A DNA stretch of 53,161 nt from Myxococcota bacterium (GTDB lineage Bacteria > Myxococcota > XYA12-FULL-58-9 > JABJBS01): positions 1 to 53,161 of the forward strand of contig JAYZAY010000009.1 of the NCBI GenBank assembly GCA_036339465.1, read 5' to 3'. A program made the position numbers and the translations under genes. The notes under the pieces were generated by a model, which had not been told where the DNA came from, did no database searches, and was given only the letters and a program-made list of their open reading frames with translations. How positions within the stretch are numbered: the stretch's first letter is position 1; every line of letters starts with the position of its first letter. Positions 19,445 through 28,830 of this stretch are shown here, one piece after another.

Positions 19445-19813
19445 AATCGGACCTCTGCGGTGATGTCTTTTAACCAAGAGCTCCAAATATTCCCCCAAAA
19501 CGCCTAAACCACAAAGTCCCAAAACCCTGGTATTTTTACCCCGTTCAGACAGGTAGAGCAATGCTAAATAAGTCCTCAGCTTTACGGGGATTTATGGGGA
19601 TTCACTTACCTCCAACAACTTCAGCGTTTTCAGTATCTGTTCCAAGGTATGTGTATTTCCGTGGCTATCCGGAAATAAGCGCGCTGGTCAGGCAAACATT
19701 CTAGCCACCCAAAGCCCAGTCAGCTGGCTCTCTACCACTTTTTGTTAGATCTCCCTCCAAACCAACAAATTTCACTGGAGTAGCCAGACTCTTCGTAGTA
19801 CACGGGTCGACTC

Positions 19814-20407
19814 ATGACGACCACCGGAGACATAGCCCTCGCTCTCCTCGAGATCGATGGTGTACCGTCGGCTTATCGGGCCAGGGACGAAGCCCAGAAG
19901 CAGGCTCCAGTGACCACACTGGCGTTTACTCCCGTCTCTCCAGGCAAGGTCATTCTAATATTCACCGGGGCCATCGCCTGTGTTGAGGAGTCCTTGGCCG
20001 CCGCCGACAACATCTTGGGGCCACGCCGCATCGATCTACTCTTTCTCCCCGGTATTCATCCACAAGCCCTCAAGGTCATTGGAGGAAAACGAACAAAGCT
20101 GCCCGAGCAATCAGCCATGGGCATTGTCGAGTGTTCCACCATCGCGAGCGGGGTGAGGGCCGCTGATTCCATGGTTAAGGGAGCAGCTATCCAGCTTTTA
20201 AGACTGCACCTAGGTTCGGGTTTTGGAGGCAAGGCTTTCATTGAGTTCTCCGGAGATGTCGCTGACGTTGAAGCCGCTCTGGACATCGCAACAGACCACC
20301 TCGGAGAAAACCTCATTGACCAAGAACTCATCCCCGCGCCTCACCCAGAACTTCTCGAATCGGGCTTTGTGCGACCTTGGAGTATAGATCCCGCAAACGA
20401 ACTCTAA
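19814..20407 (+). CDS. Tandem BMC-domain shell protein (PduT-like BMC-T)
   Basis: Two BMC repeats: ALALLEID..SPGKVILIFTG and AMGIVECSTIASGVRAADSMVK..GFGGKAFIEFSGDVADVEAA..IPAPHP. Confidence 0.88.
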   Translation: MTTTGDIALALLEIDGVPSAYRARDEAQKQAPVTTLAFTPVSPGKVILIFTGAIACVEESLAAADNILGPRRIDLLFLPGIHPQALKVIGGKRTKLPEQSAMGIVECSTIASGVRAADSMVKGAAIQLLRLHLGSGFGGKAFIEFSGDVADVEAALDIATDHLGENLIDQELIPAPHPELLESGFVRPWSIDPANEL

Positions 20408-20481
20408 AAAGAGAGAAGCGGGAATAAAGATCGCATCAAACGGGTTGCATCGGCAGGAAATATCCTTAAGTAGTTTCGGCA

Positions 20482-21858
20482 ATGTTTTTACGAATGAACA
20501 ATATCAACGGTCCAATATATTACCTTGCAATCAGCTTGGCCCTCACCGTCGTGCCCCAATTTGCCTTCGCCCAATCAAATCAGTCGACCTTAGACCAATT
20601 GATGCAACGCCAACAAATCCAAGCACTTCCATCGCCTATTGCCGCCCCTGACTTCGAGCTCAAGACCCTCGGAAATTCAAACCTGAAATTGTCTGATACG
20701 CGGGGAAGATGGGTCCTCCTCACGTTCTTTGCCACATGGTGTGGCCCTTGTCGTTCTGAAATGCCGGCCCTCAACAAATTCCACCAAGACTATCACGCCC
20801 ATGGTTTCGATGTCCTCGGTATCTCCAGTGAAAACAATCCAGCCGCACTCAACAAGTTTGCGAAACAATACGCCTTACAATTTCCCGTCTTGGTGGACCC
20901 CACCGGTAAAATATCCTCGACGTACCAAGCATCCAGTATTCCCATTTCATTCCTGATCACTCCCCAAGGAACACTTTTTGGCGTCGCTCGAGGCGCACGC
21001 AATTGGGACAAGATGCAAAATCTGGTGACCTTATTATTAGAAACTTATCCCCCCAACGACGAAGTTGCCCCACTTCCGAAAATCGCTGTTCGGCCCGAAG
21101 TAAAGCTCCCTGAAATTCTCAATCCCCCCACCGCGGAAAGACAAACAAACCAAAACATACTAACCATCGGGGATGAACTAGAAGTTAATATCCTTCTAAC
21201 CTGGGCCGGTGCCTTTGATGAGTACCTCCCTCATCCCCCCACGCTCAATCCCCCCGCAGGTCTCAACTTGATTCGACAGCAGGCAATCTCCAGTTCTGCT
21301 TTGGGAAACAAACAAGTACGTTATCAATATGTCTATGAAGCAACTCAGGAAGGGACCTACGAACTTGGTCCTGTGGAAATCCACTACACCCCCCGTTTCG
21401 ACCAACAAATGGTGAGTGCCAGAATTGACGCCCCACAAATAGAGATTAGACCTAGACCATTTGTAAAATGGGTCATCATTTCAACAACAACCATCCTACT
21501 CTGTGTCCTCATCTTTTTTATTGCGAAAAAGATACAACAGAAAGCCGAAAAATCCCCCGCTCCCCTGGCCACGCCCGACTTAAATACGCTATTTCTGAAG
21601 GCCAAGGAATCCCGTGCCCGTGGTTCCTACGAAGAGTATGGGCGTTGCCTTGAAAAGATATACAGAGAAATCGGATCTAACCCAGCGGGTGTAACCCCTG
21701 AGGGAGTACGTGATTTTGTAGCACACTTAAGATTTAGCGGAGAATCTCCTACCATGGACCGCTTCAATCACTTTGAGCGCCCGATCCAGCGTGTGCTAAA
21801 AACAAGATCACTTGAGACCCCCGACAACAACGAGACTCTTGAAGGAGACCAATCATGA
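20482..21858 (+). CDS. TlpA/redoxin domain fused to a BatD-like Ig domain and a C-terminal TM helix
   Basis: Signal peptide AFA-Q; APDFEL, FFATWCGPC, IPISFLI; then IGDELEV...YVYEATQEGTYELGPVEIHY and a TM segment. Confidence 0.8.
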   Translation: MFLRMNNINGPIYYLAISLALTVVPQFAFAQSNQSTLDQLMQRQQIQALPSPIAAPDFELKTLGNSNLKLSDTRGRWVLLTFFATWCGPCRSEMPALNKFHQDYHAHGFDVLGISSENNPAALNKFAKQYALQFPVLVDPTGKISSTYQASSIPISFLITPQGTLFGVARGARNWDKMQNLVTLLLETYPPNDEVAPLPKIAVRPEVKLPEILNPPTAERQTNQNILTIGDELEVNILLTWAGAFDEYLPHPPTLNPPAGLNLIRQQAISSSALGNKQVRYQYVYEATQEGTYELGPVEIHYTPRFDQQMVSARIDAPQIEIRPRPFVKWVIISTTTILLCVLIFFIAKKIQQKAEKSPAPLATPDLNTLFLKAKESRARGSYEEYGRCLEKIYREIGSNPAGVTPEGVRDFVAHLRFSGESPTMDRFNHFERPIQRVLKTRSLETPDNNETLEGDQS

Positions 21859-22850
21859 CATCCCTAGCCAGCACCCAAGCAAATGATGAAATATCCCAAT
21901 TTGCCGAAAATCTTAATCGAATCCGAGAAGAAATGGCCAAGGAAATTGTCGGTCAACGTTATATGGTGGACAGACTCATCCTTGCACTTATTGCCGATGG
22001 GCATATCCTCCTCGAAGGACTTCCCGGTCTGGCCAAAACCACTGCGGTTAAGGCATTGGCGTCCGCCATTAAAACTTCCTTCATGCGTATTTCGTTCACA
22101 CCAGATCTACTTCCCGCCGACCTCTTGGGCACTGAAATTTTCCGACCTGATACAGGAAAATTCACCATCAAGAAGGGCCCCATCTTCACCAACCTCCTAC
22201 TCGCCGATGAGATCAATCGTGCCCCCGCGAAAGTCCAAAGTGCACTCTTGGAAGCCATGCAGGAAAGGCAGGTTACCATCGGTGACGAAACCCACCTTCT
22301 CGACAAACCATTCCTTGTTTTGGCGACCCAAAACCCGGTGGAGCAGGAGGGGACTTACCCACTTCCCGAGGCTCAAGTCGACAGATTCATGCTTAAACTA
22401 CAAATCGGCTATCCTACTCGGGAAGAAGAAAAAGAGATTATGCGTCGGTTCAACGGCCAAGCTCCGGCGAATCCAATCAATACCGTACTGACCCCTGAAG
22501 ATATTATGAAAGCCCGCACCCTTGCCCAACAGGTGTATGTGGACCCAAAAGTCGAAGAATACGTGGTTAATCTCATCTTCGCCACCCGCGAGCCTGGCGC
22601 CGTTCAATTATCCAAATTAGAAAGGCTTATTGAAATAGGAGCCTCGCCACGGGCCACCATCTATCTACTTCAAGGTGCTAGAGTCCATGGGATGATGCAA
22701 GGCCGAAGTTATGTAACCCCTCAAGACGTAAAAGAAATAGCCCCCGATATCCTTCGACATCGCATTCTCCTCACCTACGAAGCCGAAGCCCAAGAGCTAA
22801 CCTCCGATGACATCATCCAGGACATTCTCAATACGGTGGACGTCCCTTAA
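21855..22850 (+). CDS. moxR: MoxR-family AAA+ ATPase
   Basis: GLPGLAKT, FTPDLLPAD, LLADEINRAPAKVQSALLEAM, ATQNPVEQEGTYPLPEAQVDRF, GASPR. Confidence 0.96.
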   Translation: MTSLASTQANDEISQFAENLNRIREEMAKEIVGQRYMVDRLILALIADGHILLEGLPGLAKTTAVKALASAIKTSFMRISFTPDLLPADLLGTEIFRPDTGKFTIKKGPIFTNLLLADEINRAPAKVQSALLEAMQERQVTIGDETHLLDKPFLVLATQNPVEQEGTYPLPEAQVDRFMLKLQIGYPTREEEKEIMRRFNGQAPANPINTVLTPEDIMKARTLAQQVYVDPKVEEYVVNLIFATREPGAVQLSKLERLIEIGASPRATIYLLQGARVHGMMQGRSYVTPQDVKEIAPDILRHRILLTYEAEAQELTSDDIIQDILNTVDVP

Positions 22851-23743
22851 TGAGTGACACCAACAGTAATTTCCAGGAGGTTCTGTCGCCAGAGCTTTTC
22901 GCGAAAATTAAAGCCATCCAGATTCGGACCCAGCGATTGGTCACAGACAGTCTGGCCGGTGACTACGAAAGTGCCTTTAAGGGCCGTGGCATGGAATTCG
23001 AGGAAGTGCGCGCGTATATCCCTGGCGATGATGTTCGCACCATCGATTGGAAAGTAACCGCCCGAACAGGGCAACCCTTCGTCAAAGTATACAGAGAAGA
23101 GCGCGAACTCACGGTTATGCTGCTGGTCGATGTAAGTTCATCTGGAGCATTCGGCAGTGGGAATCGCTTTAAAAGTGAAATCGCCGCCGAAATCGCCGCT
23201 ATCCTAGCCTATGCCGCCATCAAGAAAAATGACCGCGTAGGCTTAATCATCTTCTCCGACCGCATCGAACACTATGTGCCTCCCAAAAAAGGACGTGGCC
23301 ATGTGTGGATGGTCATTCGGGACATCCTCACCTTTAAACCCGAACGCCGCTCAACCAACATTGATGTGGCCCTCGATTTCCTGGGCAAAGTTGTGCGACG
23401 TCGATCTGTGACCTTCCTACTCTCCGACTTTATGGATTTTACCGCCTCAGACCAGCTTCGAATCGCCTCTAAGCGCCATGACCTCACTGCCATCAACGTC
23501 CGAGACCCCCGAGAAGGGAAATTTCCCAACATCGGATTTATCGAATTAGAAGACGCTGAAACAGGGGAAACCATTCTCCTCGACACAAGCGACCCAGACA
23601 CCCAAAGAGAAATCACCAGGGTCACTGGTCTCAGGAGCCGGAAATTGAAGACCGATCTCCAGAAAATGTCCGTGGGGCAAATTCAAATCAAGACCAATGA
23701 GTCATACGTAGATCCCATCGTACAATACTTTCGACACCGCTAA
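22850..23743 (+). CDS. DUF58 domain (VWA-like) protein
   Basis: FKGRGMEFEEVRAYIPGDDVRTIDWKVTAR, DVSSS, LSDF. Confidence 0.93.
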   Translation: MSDTNSNFQEVLSPELFAKIKAIQIRTQRLVTDSLAGDYESAFKGRGMEFEEVRAYIPGDDVRTIDWKVTARTGQPFVKVYREERELTVMLLVDVSSSGAFGSGNRFKSEIAAEIAAILAYAAIKKNDRVGLIIFSDRIEHYVPPKKGRGHVWMVIRDILTFKPERRSTNIDVALDFLGKVVRRRSVTFLLSDFMDFTASDQLRIASKRHDLTAINVRDPREGKFPNIGFIELEDAETGETILLDTSDPDTQREITRVTGLRSRKLKTDLQKMSVGQIQIKTNESYVDPIVQYFRHR

Positions 23744-23754
23744 AGGAGCCCAGC

Positions 23755-24726
23755 ATGGCAGAACTTCGTCGCCCTCCAATCCAGCCCGAATATCCCCCCG
23801 GTCGAATCAGCACGGGAACAATCATCGTCACTCAAGCGCTCTTCAGCATCATGATTATTGCCGGATGCTACTGGATCTCAAACGAGCGTCATTCCGCCCC
23901 CTCCGACAACGTCCATAATCTCAAAAGCATCGCAAGCAAGCTCAAAGCAGCCGGCGCCACCAAAGAAGCCGCAAAACTCTATAGTCGCTATTTAGAATTA
24001 AGTGAAAAAGAACCCAATCGTGCAAATATCGCCTACAGTCTAGGGTTGATTTACCTCGAGCTCGCCCAACCATCCCAAGCCCTTCGTTGGTTTTACGAAG
24101 CAGAAACCTCGAACGCAGGCCCACTCAAGAACGCGATTTCTGAAAAGATCGTCCACATTCTCGAACGCCTTGGAAAAAGCCACTCGGCACGTCAACGGCT
24201 ATCGCAAACCGTCGGTCTAGCCCAACCGACCCAGCATTCAGACGGTGATTTGCTCCTCGCGAAATTAGGTCCTACCAGCATTCATCAATCGGACTTGGAC
24301 CGCTATCTCAACGGACTCCCCCCTGAAATATCCAAGCAACTCGCAGGCGACCAAAACCGTCGCCCCCTATTGCAAAAGTATATCGCCGATGAACTCGTGT
24401 GGCAGAAAGCGCAAAAACTAGAATACCCAAAACGCGATGACGTTCGGCTCGCTCTAAACCATATGCAACGCCAAATCGTGGTCGGTCGCTTCCTAGAAGA
24501 GGAAATCCTAAAAAAAGTTCAAACAGACACACCCGACCTCAAAGCCTTCTACGAACTCAATAAAGAAAGCTACAAGGCCAAAGACAAAATCCTCCCCTTT
24601 GAAGAAGTACGGAGCAAAGTGGAAAATGAATATCGCGTGATGAAATTCAAAGCTATCTATGAAGAGATGGTTTCAAACGAATTTAAGAATGGCAACATCC
24701 AGATTATCGAAGAGGCCTTGCGCTAA
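23755..24726 (+). CDS. Membrane-anchored TPR protein with SurA/PrsA-like chaperone domain lacking the parvulin insert
   Basis: TM segment, TPR-like helices, then LLAKLG..IHQSDL..LLQKYIADELVWQKAQK...DLKAFYELNK...PFEEVRSKV. Confidence 0.65.
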   Translation: MAELRRPPIQPEYPPGRISTGTIIVTQALFSIMIIAGCYWISNERHSAPSDNVHNLKSIASKLKAAGATKEAAKLYSRYLELSEKEPNRANIAYSLGLIYLELAQPSQALRWFYEAETSNAGPLKNAISEKIVHILERLGKSHSARQRLSQTVGLAQPTQHSDGDLLLAKLGPTSIHQSDLDRYLNGLPPEISKQLAGDQNRRPLLQKYIADELVWQKAQKLEYPKRDDVRLALNHMQRQIVVGRFLEEEILKKVQTDTPDLKAFYELNKESYKAKDKILPFEEVRSKVENEYRVMKFKAIYEEMVSNEFKNGNIQIIEEALR

Positions 24727-24727
24727 C

Positions 24728-25702
24728 ATGAGATCCTTTGTCTTTATTGGGGCTTGCTTGCTCTTCACTGTTATGGCTGTCAACAACTGCGGTCCTTCAG
24801 ACCCGAAAGATTCAGTCCTCCAAAAAATGCAGAAAGCACCAGTTCTACTCTCTGCGAGCGTCGACAAAGCACGCGCATCCACCGGAGATGTCATCACCTA
24901 CAGCATCGATGTCGATTACAAAGCTGATATTAAGCTCGAATTCCCGGATATAGGAGCCGATATTCAAGGCCTAAGGATCCTCGACACCCAAAAACTAGGC
25001 CCAACCTCCTCTAAGAATCGATTTCACCAACACCTCGAATACAAGCTCCGGGGCGATCTCGTCGGTTCATATATCCTCCCAGCCCTCAAGCTGAGCTATA
25101 AAGATCCGGATTCCGGTGATATCGCCACCATCGAATCCTCTAACATTTTCATTGAAATTGAATCTGTACTGCCCAGCGATGGATCTGCCAAAGATATTCG
25201 CGGGCTCAAACCCATACGGAAAGTATCTGCCACACCTTCATGGGCCTTACCAATCATTGTCCTTGGATGTTTTACCCTATTGGGATTTGTCATCTATTGG
25301 ACTCGGTATAAAAAAAGAGCCATCACCGCCACCCCTCCTTTGCCTCCCCACGAGATTGCTTTTCGCGCCTTAAATTCTCTCCGTGCCACAGACTTCGACC
25401 ATCCCAGCGCAGTCAAAGACTATTTCTTTTCTTTGTCTGAAATATTACGCGGCTTTGTCGAAGCCCGGTTTTCCATCAATGCCACAGACCTCACCACCGA
25501 AGAGTTACTACCAAAACTCCAACACCTGAGTATCGTGGAGCCTCAAAACATCGAGTTGCTCTCGCGCTTCGCACAAGAGTCCGATGGATTCAAATACGCT
25601 GACCGCATACCCGATAAGGTCGCAATCGAAACAAATTACGAACGCGTCCTCCGATTCATCGAATCAACTCAAATAACCCCTGCCCAGGAAGGGGAATCGT
25701 AA
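24728..25702 (+). CDS. Bat-operon accessory membrane protein with BatD-like Ig domain
   Basis: Signal/lipobox AVNNC; SVDKARASTGDVITY; DIRGLKP; TM; PPHEIA...YFFSLSEILRGFVEARF..ATDLTTEE. Confidence 0.75.
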   Translation: MRSFVFIGACLLFTVMAVNNCGPSDPKDSVLQKMQKAPVLLSASVDKARASTGDVITYSIDVDYKADIKLEFPDIGADIQGLRILDTQKLGPTSSKNRFHQHLEYKLRGDLVGSYILPALKLSYKDPDSGDIATIESSNIFIEIESVLPSDGSAKDIRGLKPIRKVSATPSWALPIIVLGCFTLLGFVIYWTRYKKRAITATPPLPPHEIAFRALNSLRATDFDHPSAVKDYFFSLSEILRGFVEARFSINATDLTTEELLPKLQHLSIVEPQNIELLSRFAQESDGFKYADRIPDKVAIETNYERVLRFIESTQITPAQEGES

Positions 25703-25704
25703 CC

Positions 25705-26739
25705 ATGCCACTTTTCTTTTCAGACAGTTGGGTCATTTGGCTCGGCATCCCACTCTTAGTCATTTGGATATGGGCTTACCTCAAAAAACTTGGTTTGCTA
25801 GGAAAGAGCGAGGCCAGGAGTGCAACCATACGCTACTCCAGCATCGCCGCCCTGAAGCAGCTCCCAAAATCAAAACGCTTCCACATAAGACAAGGTCTCT
25901 TTCTAAGCCGTCCCCTCACCCTGTTCTTCATCCTTCTAGCCCTCGCTCGGCCTCAGCAAGGCAAAGAAGAAAGTCTCATTAAATCTGAAGGCATCGACAT
26001 CGTTTTGGCCATGGATACCTCGGGCAGTATGCAAGCCTTGGATCTCGATTCGGATCGTTCATTGCCGAAGCGACGTAATCGACTACAGGTTGCTCAAAAG
26101 GTGGTCCAATCCTTCGTCGAGCAACGCCCCAACGACCAACTTGGCCTGGTTGTTTTTGGTGCCAATGCTTTCACACAATGTCCACTAACCCTAGATCACG
26201 GAATTGTTACCAGTTTTCTTGATAGCCTTGAAATCGGCATGGCCGGTGATGGCACCGCAATTGGCGACGCAATCGCAACCGCAGTCAAACGGCTCCAGAA
26301 AAGCACCGCCAAATCAAAAGTCATTGTGTTACTCACCGACGGCCGCAATAACGCGGGCAGTATATCCCCCAGAAAAGCGGCTGAAATCGCAAAGACCTTT
26401 GGCGTAAAGATCTATACCATCGGCGCCGGGAAACGTGGCAAAGCGCCCTTTCTGGTAGATGGGCTCTTTGGAAAACAACCGGTTTATCAAGAAGTTGACA
26501 TCGACGACGACATCCTAAATGAAATAGCTGGCCTCACCGAAGGAACCTACTTCCGAGCCGAAGACAAAAGTGCATTGACAAAAATTTATAACCAAATCGA
26601 CACCCTGGAAAAAACAGAAATAGAAAGTTCTACCTACATGGAATACAATGAGCACTTCTGGTTCTTCCTCTTCCCCGCACTCCTGGTGTTTTTTCTGGAA
26701 CTCGTAGGTCTAAACACCCGGTACAGGAAGGTCCCATAA
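25705..26739 (+). CDS. batA: VWA-domain membrane protein BatA
   Basis: LALARPQ, GIDIVLAMDTSGSM (MIDAS), CPLTLD, GTAIGDA, LLTDGRNNAG. Confidence 0.9.
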   Translation: MPLFFSDSWVIWLGIPLLVIWIWAYLKKLGLLGKSEARSATIRYSSIAALKQLPKSKRFHIRQGLFLSRPLTLFFILLALARPQQGKEESLIKSEGIDIVLAMDTSGSMQALDLDSDRSLPKRRNRLQVAQKVVQSFVEQRPNDQLGLVVFGANAFTQCPLTLDHGIVTSFLDSLEIGMAGDGTAIGDAIATAVKRLQKSTAKSKVIVLLTDGRNNAGSISPRKAAEIAKTFGVKIYTIGAGKRGKAPFLVDGLFGKQPVYQEVDIDDDILNEIAGLTEGTYFRAEDKSALTKIYNQIDTLEKTEIESSTYMEYNEHFWFFLFPALLVFFLELVGLNTRYRKVP

Positions 26740-27827
26740 TGCGACTCCATACAAAAACGAGAACCACCCTATTCATGGCTAACCTGCTTTTTCTCCAGGG
26801 CTGCGAACTTCGCTTTGGTCAGCCGCAACTACTTTGGCTGCTTTGGTTGGTGCCCGTCCTCGCCCTCTTTCTCATCACAACCCACAAGAGCAAAAAGAAA
26901 GCACTTTTGCAGTTCGCAGATAGGCCTACGCTTGAGCGCCTGACAAAGAGCGTTAGAGAAGATCACCAAAAGCTCAAAATCAAAATAATAACCACGGCAT
27001 TCGCACTACTTATCCTGGGATTAGCCCAACCAAAGTACGGCTTCCATTGGGAAGAAATCGAACGGAAAGGGGTTGATATCGTTATCGCGCTGGATGTCTC
27101 TGACAGTATGTTGGTAGAAGATGCCGAAACCGGCGGAAAGCTCACAAGACTCGAACGCGCCAAACGCAAAATACAAGACCTCCTTAAGCTTCTCCAAGGA
27201 GACCGCATTGGTCTGGTTGCCTTCGCAGGTGAAGCATTCGTGGAATGCCCACTCACTTTAGATTACGCTGCAGCCAAGCTTTTCCTCGATTCCATCGACA
27301 CCGACCTAATTCCCATTAAAGGAACAGCCATTGGTCGCGCGATCCAAACCTCAGCCAACGCCTTTCAAGCCACCAATACAGCTGCGCGCGCCATTATCCT
27401 TATCACGGACGGTGAGGACCACTCCGGCGATGCTCTAGCCGCTGCGAAAAAGGCCAAGGAGAAACAAGCCAAGATTTTTACCATTGGAATCGGCCGGGAC
27501 GAGGGTGCTCCCATACCCAGCCCAACCGGTGGATTTAGACGCGACCGCCAGGGAGAGCTTATTCTTAGTAAATTGGATGAAACTACCCTACAAAAAATTG
27601 CCCTAGCCACGGACGGAAAATATGTACGCTCGGTAACCGGAGACGTCGATCTCGAAGAGATATATCTCAACGGCATCAAATCGAGCCTCGAAGACCAGGA
27701 ACTCGGTGCCCAACGTCGACAACATTTTGAAAACCGCTTCCAGTGGTTTTTAGCCCTCGCCCTCCTACTCCTGATGCTGGAACCCCTAATATCCGAACAG
27801 AGAAAGGAAGGACAAAACCATGGCTAA
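26739..27827 (+). CDS. batB: VWA-domain membrane protein BatB
   Basis: LAQPKYG, DIVIALDVSDSM, PLTLDY, ITDGEDH, KLDETTLQKIA, RFQWFL. Confidence 0.9.
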   Translation: MRLHTKTRTTLFMANLLFLQGCELRFGQPQLLWLLWLVPVLALFLITTHKSKKKALLQFADRPTLERLTKSVREDHQKLKIKIITTAFALLILGLAQPKYGFHWEEIERKGVDIVIALDVSDSMLVEDAETGGKLTRLERAKRKIQDLLKLLQGDRIGLVAFAGEAFVECPLTLDYAAAKLFLDSIDTDLIPIKGTAIGRAIQTSANAFQATNTAARAIILITDGEDHSGDALAAAKKAKEKQAKIFTIGIGRDEGAPIPSPTGGFRRDRQGELILSKLDETTLQKIALATDGKYVRSVTGDVDLEEIYLNGIKSSLEDQELGAQRRQHFENRFQWFLALALLLLMLEPLISEQRKEGQNHG

Positions 27828-28827
27828 GTGGCTTGTTTTCATCTTCTCGGTTTCCGCTGCGACAGCGCACGGGCAAACTCAACCACCCCCAGCAATCCAA
27901 GAGACAATCGTTGCCTCAGCTGACACCCAAGAAGTCTACGACGGCCCCTCTGCGGCCTACGCAAATGGTGCCTATGAGCAGGCACTTCAAGGTTTCGTAG
28001 ATATGCAAGTGTCCGATCCCCAAAACCAGGACCTTCACTTAAATATAGGCAACGTTCACTTCCAGATGGGTAACTTCGAAGAGGCCATTAACTCCTTCCA
28101 AGCAGCCACCCAACATCCAGACAAAAAGTCAAAAGGTGAAGCATACTATAGCCTTGGCAACACTCTCTTTCGCCAAGGAAAATTAGACAAGGCAATTGAA
28201 GCCTTTCAATCAGCCCTTGATCACAATCCCGATGATGAAGACGCAAAATTCAACCTGGAATACACTCGGGATGAGATTCGGCGACGCCACGAGCAGTCCC
28301 AAAAGCAACAGGACCAGCAGCAGGATCAACAACAGGGTCAGCAACAGGACCAGCAGCAGGATCAACAACAGGAACAGCAGCAGGATCAACAACAGGACCA
28401 GCAGCAGGACCAGCAGCAGGACCAGCAGCAGAAAGAGAGCCAACATGATGAGGCTGCTCAGGACACTGACAAGGATGGATTGTCAGATTCACAAGAGGAA
28501 AATGCAAAGAACCCAACGGATCCCAAGAATCCAGACTCCGATGGAGACGGGCTCACCGATGGCGAAGAAGACCAAAACAAAAACGGGCAACTGGACGAAG
28601 GTGAAACCGATCCCAACAAAAAAGATACCGACGGGGACGGTATCGGTGATGCTCAAGAGGCCAAAGGAAAATCAGAACAACGAAACGGAGAAACTCCAGG
28701 CGAAGATAAGCCACTTACCCCAGAGGAAGCTCAACGTTACTTGGATAGCCTCGGGGATCAGCAAAGACCATTGGAACAAAAACGAAGAAAAGGTAGCGCC
28801 CGACGACGGCCCACTAAGGACTGGTAA
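27820..28827 (+). CDS. batC: BatC-like TPR protein with Q/D-rich tract and Ca-binding DxDxDG repeats
   Basis: TPRs (YYSLGNTLF, NPDDEDAKFNLE), poly-QQQD, DTDKDGL/DSDGDGL/DTDGDGI, C-terminal KDW. Confidence 0.82.
   Translation: MAKWLVFIFSVSAATAHGQTQPPPAIQETIVASADTQEVYDGPSAAYANGAYEQALQGFVDMQVSDPQNQDLHLNIGNVHFQMGNFEEAINSFQAATQHPDKKSKGEAYYSLGNTLFRQGKLDKAIEAFQSALDHNPDDEDAKFNLEYTRDEIRRRHEQSQKQQDQQQDQQQGQQQDQQQDQQQEQQQDQQQDQQQDQQQDQQQKESQHDEAAQDTDKDGLSDSQEENAKNPTDPKNPDSDGDGLTDGEEDQNKNGQLDEGETDPNKKDTDGDGIGDAQEAKGKSEQRNGETPGEDKPLTPEEAQRYLDSLGDQQRPLEQKRRKGSARRRPTKDW
28306..28431 (+). repeat. 12-bp coding tandem repeat, (QQQD)n
   Basis: CAGCAGCAGGAC / CAACAACAGGAT-type units, about 10 copies. Confidence 0.9.
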
Positions 28828-28830
28828 CCC

